Shown: positions 1 through 10,900 of the stretch, piece after piece
Numbering within the stretch: the first letter of the stretch is position 1
How the letters are laid out: every line of letters starts with the position of its first letter
Assembly (NCBI GenBank): GCA_963777605.1
Contig: CAVZRV010000013.1
Coordinates: 1-64,000, forward strand
Source of the DNA: an uncultured Acidobacteriota bacterium
GTDB taxonomy: Bacteria; Acidobacteriota; UBA6911; RPQK01; JAPXNP01
Length of the DNA stretch: 64,000 nucleotides
Direction of reading: 5' to 3'
Made by a program: the position numbers and the translations under genes
The notes under the pieces: generated by a model
The model's input: the letters and a program-made list of their open reading frames with translations, nothing else
Told to the model about the DNA's origin: nothing
The model's database searches: none

Positions 1-81
1 ACGTTTTGCCGGGGGAAACCGAAGTGGGGCACGGCGCCGGCAAGGGGATGAAAAGGATTGCCGGGAGAGGGCCTTTAGGGG

Positions 82-117
82 TAGACAAAAGCCGAGAGCT
101 CTGCTATGCTCTCGGCT
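82..117 (+). promoter_or_regulatory. Putative sigma70-like promoter (leaderless) overlapped by a 10-bp inverted repeat
   Basis: TAGACA (82-87), 17-nt spacer, TATGCT (105-110), then ATG at 118. The inverted repeat AGCCGAGAGC/GCTCTCGGCT spans 90-117. Confidence 0.5.
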
Positions 118-477
118 ATGACAAACCCGTCCTCCACCACGCTGCGCCAACAGATCGAGCAGATCGGGACCGAGCTGGCGGCGCTGGGGCCGATCCACCC
201 CGGGAGCCTCTCCGAACAGTACAACGTCTGCGGGACGCCGGGCTGCCGCTGCAAGGATCCCGACGACCCCCAAAAGCACGGGCCCTACTACCAGTTGAGC
301 TTCACCTGGCGGGGCAAGAGCAGCTCGCGGTTCGTCAAACAGGATCGGCTCGAGGCGACCCGCCACAAGGTGGCCAACTACAAACGGCTGCGCGACCTGG
401 TCAACCGGTGGGTGGACCTGGCCGTCGAATTGGAGCGGGCCGAACGCGAGGAAGCCAAAGCGCGTCATGGAGCTTGA
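118..477 (+). CDS. DUF6788-like protein (transposon-associated, Cys/His motif)
   Basis: Motif GSL...CGxxxCRC...HGPYY.LSFTWRGK; it overlaps the start of tnpC. The start at 118 was chosen from promoter geometry. Confidence 0.7.
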   Translation: MTNPSSTTLRQQIEQIGTELAALGPIHPGSLSEQYNVCGTPGCRCKDPDDPQKHGPYYQLSFTWRGKSSSRFVKQDRLEATRHKVANYKRLRDLVNRWVDLAVELERAEREEAKARHGA

Positions 478-1997
478 TCCCACCCGGCTGCCGGCCGATC
501 CGGGGCGCTGCGGGCCATCATCCTGGGACTGGTCGAAGATCTGGAGACGAGCCGGCGTCGACTGCGCCAGGCCCAACACCTGTTGGAACAGCTGCTGCGT
601 CACCGCTACGGGGCACGGCGGGAGCGGGTGGACGAGAACCAGCTGTTCTTGTTTGCCGCCGGGATCGTCGAAAGCGGCAAGGATCGGACACCCCCGGCCA
701 GAGAAGAGACCCCCGCGCCGAAACCGCAAAGGAGAGGCCATGGTCGCCGGCCGCTGCCGGCCTCGCTCGAGCGCCGCCGGGTGGTCTACGACCTCGGGGA
801 GGACGAACGGCATTGCCCCGATGCGGGGATCCCCTGCAGCACATCGGAGAGGACACGAGCGAACGGCTCGAGTACGTCCCGGCCTCCTTTCAGGTGATCG
901 AGGAATCGTGTCAAAAGTACGCCTGCCGGAAGGGATGCACGGTGGTGACGGCCGACAAACCGCGGGCGCCGATCGACAAGGGAAGGCCGGGGCCGGGACT
1001 GCTGGCCCAGGTGGCGGTCTCGAAGTACGCCGACCATTTGCCGCTGTATCGTCAGGAAGGCATCTATCGGCGGCAGGGCGTGGAGTTGTCGCGCCAGACC
1101 CTGTGCGGGTGGATGCGGCAATGCGCCGAACTCGTCGATCCTTTGTATGAACGGATGAAGCGTGAGGTCCTGAGCTCGAAGGTGGTCGGAACCGACGATA
1201 CGCCGGTCAACGTCCTCGACCGGAGCCGATCGCGGACCCGGGTGGGTCGGATCTGGACCTACGTGGGGGACGACCGGCATCCTTACACGGTCTACGACTA
1301 CACGCCCAATCGCAGCCGGGCCGGACCGCAAGCGTTCCTGGACGACTTCACCGGATATCTGCAGGCGGACGCCTACGCCGGTTACGATCAGCTCTATCAG
1401 GATCCGAAGCGCCCGGTCGTGGAGGTGGCCTGCTGGGCGCACGCCCGGCGCAAGTTCTTCGAGGCCCAGTCGTCGGACGTGATGCGCTCGACCATCTTAC
1501 TGGCGTACATCCGGCTGTTGTACGACGTCGAACGGGAGGCCCGAGAGACCAGGCTGACGGCAAGGCAACGTCATCGGTTACGGAGCCGGCGCTCGGGGCC
1601 GATCCTCGAAGACATTCGAGCTTACCTGGAGAAGGAGCGGGAACAGGTCTTGCCGAAGTCTCCGATCGGGGTCGCCATCGGCTATGCACTCTCGAACTGG
1701 CGGGCGTTGGTCCGCTACCTGGAGGACGGGGATCTCGAGATCGACAACAACCCGGCCGAGCGCAGCCTGCGCGGCATCGCCATCGGACGCAAGAACTGGA
1801 TGTTCTACGGTAGCGACAACGGCGGACGGACCGGAGCGGTCCTGACCAGCCTCATCACCACGTGCCGCAGGCACGGTATCGACCCCTTCGACTATCTGCG
1901 CGACATCTTCGAGCGCATCGGCGAGCATCCGCACACCCGGCTCGACGAACTCCTGCCCGATCGCTGGCAGCCTGCCCGGACGACCGCAACCTCCTGA
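467..1997 (+). CDS. tnpC: IS66 transposase TnpC (frameshifted near ~505 and ~825)
   Basis: Motifs RYGARRER, IGEDTSERLEYVPASF, KYADHLPLYRQE, DDTPV, LQADAYAGY, CWAHARRKF, IDNNPAERSLR and LLP.RW. The N-terminal parts lie in other frames. Confidence 0.9.
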
Positions 1998-2510
1998 GTT
2001 CGCCGCAGCCATTCCACGCGCCGGCACCCCAAATCAAGATGGGTTCACCGGACGCTTACCAGAGAAGCCGTACATTCGAGGACGTTGTGAAGCCTTGGCC
2101 GTACTTGCGCGATCCCCGATACAGCATTCCGCAAAGGCACTACGACCAGCACAGAAATAGTCGACCATGAGCAACGACTCGGGCGGCACAAAAACACCCA
2201 ATCGGTGCCCTCATACATCCATCGAAAACAGCCCACGGTGGCTTCACTCTCGGGTCATCGACACCAGAGATAGCTTCCACTCCTGGATGCCTTCCGAGTC
2301 GTTCGAACAGCCATCTCGTGGGGATGGATCTCGCCGTCCTTCCTACTGAATTACAGTAAGTCGGAGCCTGAGGGACTTCCCAAGAATTTGCTCATTCCAG
2401 TTTGTCCCCAGGAGAGGGAAGCCCCTCTCACAGAAACAGCCTTTTCTCCACTTGAGGCCGAGGCAGGCTGCACTCATACGGGAGCACCACACCCAAGCAT
2501 CGATGCAAAG

Positions 2511-3842
2511 CTAATCTATTCCGTAGCCGCTCGGCTGCTTGTGAACGGGGAGGCTCGCCGATACGATGCCTCGAACAGTTCGCAGAATGGTGGCCACGAT
2601 GGGCTTGTCGCCTGCAATCTCCACCGTGCCTTCAGCATCCCGACCCGCCAACTCCTCCGCCAGTTCCTCAACAAACCAGGCTCCCTGTTCTCCCGGGCCG
2701 AGTACGACCCCCGTCTCGATCGTTGTACTGGGCTCCATCAGAAATACGATACTCGCGGACGTTTCCTCGTCGGAGACATTGGCCAAGGCCAGAGCGGTGC
2801 CCGTCTCCTCTGCCCGTTCCTTCTGAAAGACTCCAACAAACCGATGTCCGCTCTGGACGCTATCGATGCCCGCCTCCGCAAGAACACCGCCCTGAAAGTC
2901 AAGCATTCGATAGACGGCCGCCATCTCAAAGGGGTATCGAGAAGTAGCACAAGCGTACCCCTGATATAATATTGAGATTGAATCGGCAGTCTGGAGGATC
3001 CGCGATTTGAGATAATCATCCCGGGCTCCAATATGCAAATCAAAGTTGCTGTTCACCTCCCCGTCAAGATTAACATCCAAAGGAGTCCCCGCCGGACTTA
3101 GAAACTTCAAAGAGAGGTCTATGACCAGAGGTTCTGGGATTCGGAAATCTGTGTCGAGACTGGATGGCGTCAAAGTCAGAAGCGTCTGAAGCGTTTGATC
3201 TCCGAGAAGGCTTCGGCCATGGGCCACCTGGGGAATACACCGTTGGAACGAAGGCGGATCGACAAAGTCGGCAACGATGAGAATGAGCGCCTCGGGGACA
3301 GTCGGATCCTCATATTCCACCTCCACACGAGCGATCCCAGCGCCCTCGGCGTCCTCCAGGGCAAACTCTTCAGGGTAGATCCCGGTCAACGTCCGTGTCA
3401 CTTCACCCAGTAGCGATCCACCCCTGCCAAAAAACCGCGCAACTGCATCCGTTTGAGATTCCGCACCCATATTCAGAGACACCCGCCGCAAAGGTGAATC
3501 GAATTCAACCGCCATGCCTCCGGCACTGGATTCCGATTCGGAGCCATTGAGAATCACTTCCGCGATTACCGGAGTTACGACACTCACGTGTGGAACCACA
3601 GACAGCGTGCCTACCCGAGGGCCCTGTACCGATTCAGCGGAAATCGTCACACCCCACTCGTCGAAAACGTGTTTTGCACTCAGTCCGGAAGGGAGAGGGG
3701 GAGGCACGAGGGCGACCCATTGCTCGCTGAAGTCAAAAGGTCCCCAGCCGAGCGGCTCGGCTGCGGCAGTTGCATCCATGAGTCCAAAGTGTATGGACCC
3801 TATCAGGACAAGCATCGGAAGTACTACAACCTTCTTCTTCAT
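2511..3842 (-). CDS. Secreted protein with a C-terminal domain shared with other ORFs in this window
   Basis: Signal peptide MKKKVVVLPMLVLIG and a GGAGG RBS. The C-terminal part (PQVAHG...TALALAN...WFVEEL...GTVEI...ASLPV) resembles those of 26168-27385 and 40171-40899. Confidence 0.7.
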   Translation of the reverse strand: MKKKVVVLPMLVLIGSIHFGLMDATAAAEPLGWGPFDFSEQWVALVPPPLPSGLSAKHVFDEWGVTISAESVQGPRVGTLSVVPHVSVVTPVIAEVILNGSESESSAGGMAVEFDSPLRRVSLNMGAESQTDAVARFFGRGGSLLGEVTRTLTGIYPEEFALEDAEGAGIARVEVEYEDPTVPEALILIVADFVDPPSFQRCIPQVAHGRSLLGDQTLQTLLTLTPSSLDTDFRIPEPLVIDLSLKFLSPAGTPLDVNLDGEVNSNFDLHIGARDDYLKSRILQTADSISILYQGYACATSRYPFEMAAVYRMLDFQGGVLAEAGIDSVQSGHRFVGVFQKERAEETGTALALANVSDEETSASIVFLMEPSTTIETGVVLGPGEQGAWFVEELAEELAGRDAEGTVEIAGDKPIVATILRTVRGIVSASLPVHKQPSGYGID

Positions 3843-4032
3843 CTCTAACCTCCAGTAGCCGAAACCCGGAGATCCGGGTCGCCAGCATGCTCCCCCGAGC
3901 TGTTAATAACACTCCTTCCGCCCGAGAGGCGTCAGGAAACCCCGCAGTCCTTCACCATACTCATCAAGCCAGACGTTCGGAGCTGACTCAAATACGACAA
4001 ACTTCCGCGACGTCGATTGTATCGAACGTCTC

Positions 4033-5394
4033 CTACGGCAAATCCTCCCAGAGATCGGCGTACTCGGAGACGAGTCCTTCAAGAACCTGGACCGCGTCGG
4101 CATAGTAGCCGTTGTTGTGATCCACTCGTCCGGTGGGCGTGATCCCGTACATCGGGACCGTGAAGTCCGGATCGGAGAAGTACAGCAGGCGAGCGCACGC
4201 CGTATCGGTCACACATCCCATCACAGATGCGCGTGAACCGTAAGCGGTCGAGAAAATATGCCCCTGAGGGTCCGGATAGCTGAGAAGTGGTTTCGTGGGA
4301 GAACTCAGGGGATCGGTGTCATGCCGGAGCGAGAAGTTGTGTCCCAGTTCGTGTGCGAACGTGAGATCGTTCAGGCCGCAGCCGATGAGTTGAACCGAAA
4401 ACGCCCTGCTGCTCCACGACAGATGGGCAGTTTGAGTAATCACTTCTTCATCATAGTTTTGGTCGTGGTAAAAACGAATATTCGCAATACCGCAATTATC
4501 GTCGTTCCACTGTGGCACATAAAGAACGACCATGTCGGCCTCCGCAGCGTCGCGCTCGTCATCGACTTCTCCGGAGTTCATCCACTTCAACCAGTCATGG
4601 TCGTTGTACATGTCGATATAGTTCCACTCAGTACCCCACTCCGGCACATCGTCCGAATCAACGATTGTAACATTGTATGAAGCGTCGATTCCACTCAGGT
4701 AGAAGGCGTCGTTGGCGATGTCCACCGAGGCGTCAATGAAATCGTCGAATGGTGTGTCGTGCTCATCAGTGGGAACGATCACCAGGACCTCGATCTCAGC
4801 TTCATCGAGCAACGTCGCCATCTTGATCCCGGAGGTGACGGTACTTTTCGCACGGGGCTGCCGCTGAGGCACCGAGACGACCTCGTCCGTGTTCATGCCG
4901 CAAGGCGGAGTTCGGTGATGCTTGACCTTGATTAATCGATGCTCACCTTTTGAGTTGCCGCGAATCTGAAAATCGTCCTGCGTTGCGTAGATGTTGAGGA
5001 TGCCACTGACGTGGTCGCCATGGTTCACCAGAAGAATGTAGCCGGCCGGCGCATCCTTCCCCAGAAGGTCGGGGAAGTAGAGGTGTCCACTCCAGGACGT
5101 CCTGTCCTCGTACACCCGGGTTTTGAACCGGCGGGCTTCCAATCGAACGTCCTTGTAGAGGTCGAGTGAAAAACCTTCGGGGGCCTCGGCCACAGCGAGC
5201 GGATTGAGGTCGATGAGAAACTCTGCTTCAGCATCCCTCACCGACAACCCGAGTTCCAACGGTACTTCTGTTCGATTGACTTCCAGTGACAGCAACGGCG
5301 GAGACTCGCCGGCGACATCCTGGCCGAGGGCAGAGGAGATGGCGAATGAGCAAGACAGAAGAACCAGACTGAAACACAATGAAAATTTCGTCAT
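4033..5394 (-). CDS. Secreted reprolysin-like (M12) zinc metalloprotease
   Basis: HELGHNFSLRHD zinc motif, ADMVVL and CGIA motifs, SVM Met-turn, FSDP. Signal peptide MTKFSLCFSLVLL after an AGGA RBS. Confidence 0.85.
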   Translation of the reverse strand: MTKFSLCFSLVLLSCSFAISSALGQDVAGESPPLLSLEVNRTEVPLELGLSVRDAEAEFLIDLNPLAVAEAPEGFSLDLYKDVRLEARRFKTRVYEDRTSWSGHLYFPDLLGKDAPAGYILLVNHGDHVSGILNIYATQDDFQIRGNSKGEHRLIKVKHHRTPPCGMNTDEVVSVPQRQPRAKSTVTSGIKMATLLDEAEIEVLVIVPTDEHDTPFDDFIDASVDIANDAFYLSGIDASYNVTIVDSDDVPEWGTEWNYIDMYNDHDWLKWMNSGEVDDERDAAEADMVVLYVPQWNDDNCGIANIRFYHDQNYDEEVITQTAHLSWSSRAFSVQLIGCGLNDLTFAHELGHNFSLRHDTDPLSSPTKPLLSYPDPQGHIFSTAYGSRASVMGCVTDTACARLLYFSDPDFTVPMYGITPTGRVDHNNGYYADAVQVLEGLVSEYADLWEDLP

Positions 5395-5745
5395 CGATTT
5401 GTTCCTTTCTCTGGACACATTTAGGATTTTCCGATGCCAAAGCAACCATCTCGGAAGGAAAGAGCGGAATGAAGGTCTTTGGAGTAAGGCGAATAAGTCC
5501 TCAGGTAGACACTGGCGCCCTGGCGCCATGGCGGAATCGACCGTGGATCGGAGAAGTTCTGCTGTACGGCAAATCCAGTTTAACCGAGACGTTCCATCGA
5601 CGGCCTGAGCCAATTCGCGTTGGAGGAGGAAGCAGCGTGCGCGTTGATTCTCCATAGAAGATCCTCCAGAGCAAACGTTTCCGATGGTAGAAACTTGCTC
5701 ACTAAGGCGGACTGTAACCCAGAGTGCTCCTTACCCGGATGACAA

Positions 5746-5793
5746 TTCGGTATAGCCGAACACTTCAAGCCGGAAGTGTTCGGAATATCCGAA
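5746..5793. promoter_or_regulatory. Tandem palindromes TTCGG-N5-CCGAA (putative operator pair)
   Basis: TTCGG-TATAG-CCGAA at 5746-5760 and TTCGG-AATAT-CCGAA at 5779-5793, 33 bp apart. Confidence 0.6.
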
Positions 5794-5946
5794 CGTTTTC
5801 GCATATTCGGCAATTCACAATTGCCAGTTAACCTGGAACTCGGATGAAACTTGTCGAGTCTATTGATGAAGGAACTCCCGAACCTTGACTACCTCGGAAC
5901 TTGACGCTAACGTTGCTCTCATAATGAGTGAAAGGAGCCGAAGACC

Positions 5947-6522
5947 ATGAGCACTGTCCAATCGGTGAACGACTTCATCCGGCAACGGCTTCGTCGACTG
6001 CGTCTTTCCAAGAATGTGGGATTGAGGGAACTTGCCGACCGAGCCGGAATCCCCTCGAGTTCTTATGCCTCGATGGAGGCCGGAGCGTATCGTCTGAACC
6101 TGGAGTCCTTGTTTCGAGTGCTCGGTGCGCTCGAGGCCGACATCACGGCGGTCTGGCCGTCGGAAGCCGCCGGAAGCCGCGCCGAGGACAGCGAACTCCT
6201 CTACCAAAGGAAACTCCAGGAATTTCGCCTCGGAGAAGTGATCCGACTGAGCCAAGCCGAGGGAGGCGCTTTGTTTGAAGTGCGCGGCCGGACGTGCCGG
6301 ATCGTGATGGATCAGAACCTGAGCGACTTCCTGCTCGATCGCTGTCTGGTCCGTCTTGAAAGCGCCGATCCTCCCACCCAGGGCCTGTGGTGGCGAAAGA
6401 CATATCTTGACCGCACGTATCATTTCTTCCTCAAAGCGGAAGGGTGCCCGAGCTTCGTGGAGAAGCTCGCCCAGCATTATCTGGTCAACTGGTGTGCGTT
6501 GTTCGCGGAATCCGACGACTAA
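5947..6522 (+). CDS. XRE-family helix-turn-helix transcriptional regulator
   Basis: N-terminal RLRRLRLSKNVGLRELADRAGIPSSSYASMEAG...L..V..AL; RBS AAGGAG. Confidence 0.85.
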   Translation: MSTVQSVNDFIRQRLRRLRLSKNVGLRELADRAGIPSSSYASMEAGAYRLNLESLFRVLGALEADITAVWPSEAAGSRAEDSELLYQRKLQEFRLGEVIRLSQAEGGALFEVRGRTCRIVMDQNLSDFLLDRCLVRLESADPPTQGLWWRKTYLDRTYHFFLKAEGCPSFVEKLAQHYLVNWCALFAESDD

Positions 6523-7005
6523 CAACGGAGCTCTCCGGAATCCTCCCGCCCAAACCAATCGAAAGTCTTCCAGACTGTTTGATCTGGTGTTCCTCCAGTC
6601 CATCGTTTAAGAGGTCTCAGACGAGGCGGTCGCTGGCCCGTAAGACCCCAGCGCTGGCCCTGTGTCGGGAAGACGGCTGCCTGGAGCGACGATTCAAACC
6701 GAGGAATATGCGGTCCCAAGCCAGTCTCGATGCCACAAGATGCCCTCATTTACCCGACAGGATCACGACTCGAGTATCGAGGTATCTCGTGATCCTACTC
6801 GAGCCCTCAGAACGGTCACCCAACTCCCGGTAGCCGAGCCAAATCGGCCGATCGGGTCGCGTTGTCGAGCCATGATCGGCGCTCTCCGCGTCGTTCCCGA
6901 AGCTCGCGTTGCGCTGCACCTGGGGAAGAAGTCTTGACTCGGGAAGGTGGAATTTCCGGGTAAATTTTTAACTATAGCCCAAAGCGTTTGTCGCGCCCAA
7001 GACTG

Positions 7006-7053
7006 TTCGGGATTTCCGAACAGTCCGCCCCACCCGTGTTCGGACGTACCGAA
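7006..7053. promoter_or_regulatory. Second pair of TTCGG-N5-CCGAA palindromes, upstream of the RHS operon
   Basis: TTCGG-GATTT-CCGAA at 7006-7020 and TTCGG-ACGTA-CCGAA at 7039-7053, 33 bp apart. Confidence 0.6.
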
Positions 7054-7132
7054 TTATCGTGACTTCGAACGAACCCCAGTCCTAGGCTTCCAGAATGGAA
7101 ATTCAAGCGAAGGATTCTTGGGAGGCTCAGTC

Positions 7133-7900
7133 ATGAAAAGAGGTCTGGTGCTCACTTTGTCCTTGATGGCGATTGTTGCTTCGCAGTGGCTTCAGGCAAA
7201 CGACTCGGATGCCGTGGTGATCCTGCAGGATGCGGCCGAGGCTCATGGCGGAATCCAGAATATCGCCAAGATCCGCGACGCCCGATTCTCCGGCGTCGCC
7301 ACGACGCGACGGGGCGACCGCGTGGCCGAATATCCGTTCATTACCCTCACGCGCGGTTTCAACCAGGTTCGGACCGAAGTCACCGCACCCGGTTTCGAGC
7401 AGACGTCGGTCAACGACGGGGAATACGGCTGGATCGTCCGAAACGGAGAGAAACAACCGCTTTTCACCCATCAGACGGCCAACCGGTTGATCGAAGTCAA
7501 TCCGGTCCTGGGTTTGCTCGGCGCGTTCGCCGGATCGCGTCTCGAGTTGTCGTACGACGGACTGGTCGACAACGCTTCGGGACCCGCGCACCAGCTGACT
7601 GCGATCCTCCGGGATAAGCGAGCGGAGCGTCTCAGTGCCGGAGACCCGTTCGACAGCCGGTTCGAGATCTCGATCGACGCCAAGACGATGCTGATCACCG
7701 GCCTGCGGTATGCCCGCGTCAAGCCGGATCCGAATTCCGAGGATGTGGTCGACGAATATGTCTACTCGGATTATCGTGTCGCCGAAGGCCTGCGAATCCC
7801 CTTCCACGTCGAACACTGGCGCGCGGGCCGCCTCATCAAGGAGCTGCAGTTGAAGGATTTCTATTTGATGCAGCACGGTGCGATTTTCGTCGAGCCCTGA
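7133..7900 (+). CDS. Secreted beta-rich protein, possibly LolA/lipoprotein-sorting-like fold
   Basis: Signal peptide MKRGLVLTLSLMA and GGAGG RBS. Motifs AHGG, DGEYGW and YSDYRVAEGLRIPFHVE. Lies 20 bp upstream of the RHS gene. Confidence 0.6.
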   Translation: MKRGLVLTLSLMAIVASQWLQANDSDAVVILQDAAEAHGGIQNIAKIRDARFSGVATTRRGDRVAEYPFITLTRGFNQVRTEVTAPGFEQTSVNDGEYGWIVRNGEKQPLFTHQTANRLIEVNPVLGLLGAFAGSRLELSYDGLVDNASGPAHQLTAILRDKRAERLSAGDPFDSRFEISIDAKTMLITGLRYARVKPDPNSEDVVDEYVYSDYRVAEGLRIPFHVEHWRAGRLIKELQLKDFYLMQHGAIFVEP

Positions 7901-7920
7901 CCCGGACGGAGGACAATCCC

Positions 7921-10900
7921 ATGAAACAGCTCAGCCTTTTGTCGATCGCTTTGTTGGTCTTGATGGCGTCGGTTGCGGCCGAAACCCGCTATGTCGATTC
8001 CAAGAACTCGACCGGAACGACACCTTTCGGCTCCTACGAAGGAACGATGGAAAACATCGACCTCCGCAATCAGAACCTGAATATCGTGATTCCGCTCTTC
8101 ACGCAGAAGGGGCGGAACGGGCTCGATTACTCGGTTGTGACCTATTACAACTCGAACTATCGAGTCTGGCAGCCGATTCCGGACGATTACACGCCGCCCA
8201 CCTATGAACTGGTCTGGGTGGGCGATCCAGACGCCTATTTTCAACTGAAGCCGAGCGCTACCCTCAGCTACCGGGACGAGATCTATCTGGATGGCGGCAC
8301 CGAACTGCACACGAACCGGTACATTCTGACCGATATTGACGGCACCCGGCATGAGTTCGGAGTGCAGCCGTCGGCGGGCGATGTCTACGGAGGGACCTGC
8401 AACAATCTCGAGACCTTCCGCACGACCGACTCGAGTCACATGAAGCTTCAGGAGATTGTCGACAAGATGCACGTCGTGATCTATCAGAAGGACGGCACCG
8501 AGTTGGACTTCTCCACGACGACGCTCGGCTGGAACTACAAGCTGAACTGGATCCGGGACACCAACGGCAACAAAATCACGTTTCAGTATAGCGTCCCGCG
8601 AGACACCTACACGTGCGGATTCCTGGTGACCGACACGCTCGGCCGGGAGGTTTGCTTCCGGTACTCCTCAGGAGATCCGGAGATCCTGGTCGAAGAGTAC
8701 AGCGGAAGCGAAAGCGTGTATCGGCTCAAGGATCGCATGTCGTCAACGAGTGAAATCGAGTTGCCTCCGGGTGATGTGAATCGCAACGATGCCATGCGGT
8801 ACGAAGTCCAGTACCAAACCACCAGTCAGCTGTGTGATCCTGACAACTACTGCACCAGCGCCTACGGTCCCGAAATCAAGCTTGACGTCCTCACGTATCC
8901 GACCGGTGGAACTACGAACTATAACTGGGAGTTGGGAAAGCTCATCGGCGAAAGCCCGCAACGCCTTTCCCAGAAAGTGGTCGATGCCGACGACGGCCAG
9001 GGCACGGGGACCTGGGACTACGACCGAATCGCAGGCAGTACGCAGGTCACTCGCCCGGACCAGACCTATCACAAACACTACTTCTCCGTCCTGCCCGGCT
9101 TCACCACCTTCGAGAAGGAAGACAAGGTCGAATACTACGAGTCGGTCGGAACCAAGAAGCGCACGATCGAGAAGACCTGGGATCAACGCTTCGGAGACCC
9201 ACGGGTGACCGAGACCAAGATCACGCTCGACAACAACTACCAGTCGAAGACGGTTCAGGTCTACGACCAGCAAGGCTACTCATCGGCACTTGGGAACCTG
9301 ACCAACGGCAACGTGATCGAGACACGGGAGTACGCCTGGGGCTCTGGGGCTCCGGGGTCCCTGGTCCGGAAGACGACCCGGTCCCATCTGAATACGACCA
9401 GCTACAACGTATCGAATCTGCACATTTTGGACCGGATCACCGACGAAAGCGTCTACGACTCCGCCTCGGTGAAGAAGGCCCAGACCACCTACTTCTACGA
9501 CAACTACTATTCTCCCCGGACGCTCCTGTCCGCCTCGGGCGTCGTCCAACACGACACGGCCTCGTTCGGAACCGGCTACACGACGCGTGGAAACCTGTAT
9601 CGAATCGGCCGCTGGCTGAACTCTCCCTCTTCGACGCTCTATACCTACTTCCGGTACGACATCTGCGGCAACGTGCGGGAAGAGACCGACCCGCGCGGAT
9701 ACACCTCGAAGATCAACTACAACAGCACGTATCAGTATGCCTACCCATACTGGCTGGAGGATGCGGCCGGATTCGACACTTACCGGGAATACTTCTTCGA
9801 CAACACGAACCAACGCGGGTTCGGCTACCTGAAGCGGGAGACCGACATCAACAGCAACCAGACCGATTACACGTATGACGTCTTGGGTCGGATCAAGACG
9901 GTCACCTACCCGGACGGAGGGCTGGTCACGAATTACTACTCGGACCGGGACCTGGAGGACACGCATGCAACCGTCGACGTCTTCACCGACCAGACGTCGG
10001 TCTTTCCACCGCGCATGAAGACCTACACGCTGATTGACGCCACGCCCAATCCCGACTTGAAGCGCGTTCAGATTCACACGTTCGACCTTCTGGGCCGGGT
10101 GAACCTGGAAGGCATCATGAACGGGACGAACGTCGATTGGACCTGCACCCGTTTCGACGCAACCGGGCGGATCCAGAAAGTGAGTAACCCCAGAACGCTC
10201 TCCTACACCACGGAGGAACCCGGCTATGCGAACTTCAACAAGTGGACGACAAATGAGTACGACAGCCTGGACCGGATCACCGAGATTGAGACCCAGGACA
10301 ACCAGGTGGTCACCATCAACTACTCCGGGTATCAGAAGACGGTCAGCGACCAGGCCTCGATGCAACGGCGGGTTAACTACGACGCCCTCGGGCGGATCTC
10401 GAGCGCCGTCGAACCGAATCTCAATAACAACACGTTTGACGCGGGAGCGGTCACAACCAGCTATGCCTATGATGTTCTGGATAACCTGACAGGGGTTACT
10501 CAGGGCACGCAGACGCGCAGTTTCGTCTACGATAGCCTGAGCCGGCTGACCTCGGAGACAAACCCGGAATCGGGCACGACCACGTACACGTACGACTCGA
10601 ACTCGAACTTGACCCGCAAGACGGATGCCCGAAGCGTGCAGACGAACTACAATAGCTATGACGTGCTCAATCGTCCGGCATCGATCAGCTACTCCGACAG
10701 TACCCCAACCAGCAGCTTCACCTATGACTCCACGCTTGTAACGAACGGAAAAGGGCGCAGAACCGGCATGAGCGACGGAGTCGGTAGTTCAACGTTCCAC
10801 TACGATTCCATGGGACGAACCACCAAAATCGTCCGAGCCATGACCGGCGGACCGAGTATGACTGGGGATTTCGTCTACAACAAGCTGGGCGGGCTGACCG

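Larger units (their letters stand above)
1..2059 (+). mobile_element. IS66-family insertion sequence, right part (left end probably outside the window)
   Basis: Contains a TnpC-like transposase. The reverse complement of 2041-2059 reads GTAAGCGTCCGGTGAACCC, matching the GTAAGCG... terminus typical of IS66. Confidence 0.85.

Noticed and set aside
6-820. N-terminal ~270 aa of the 663-aa ORF 6..1997
   Set aside because: It is an out-of-frame read-through. The real coding frames are the DUF6788-like gene and the frameshifted tnpC start at 467.
2060-2500. Gene remnant interrupted by IS66
   Set aside because: Only short ORFs without recognisable motifs; the target-site duplication cannot be assessed without the left end.
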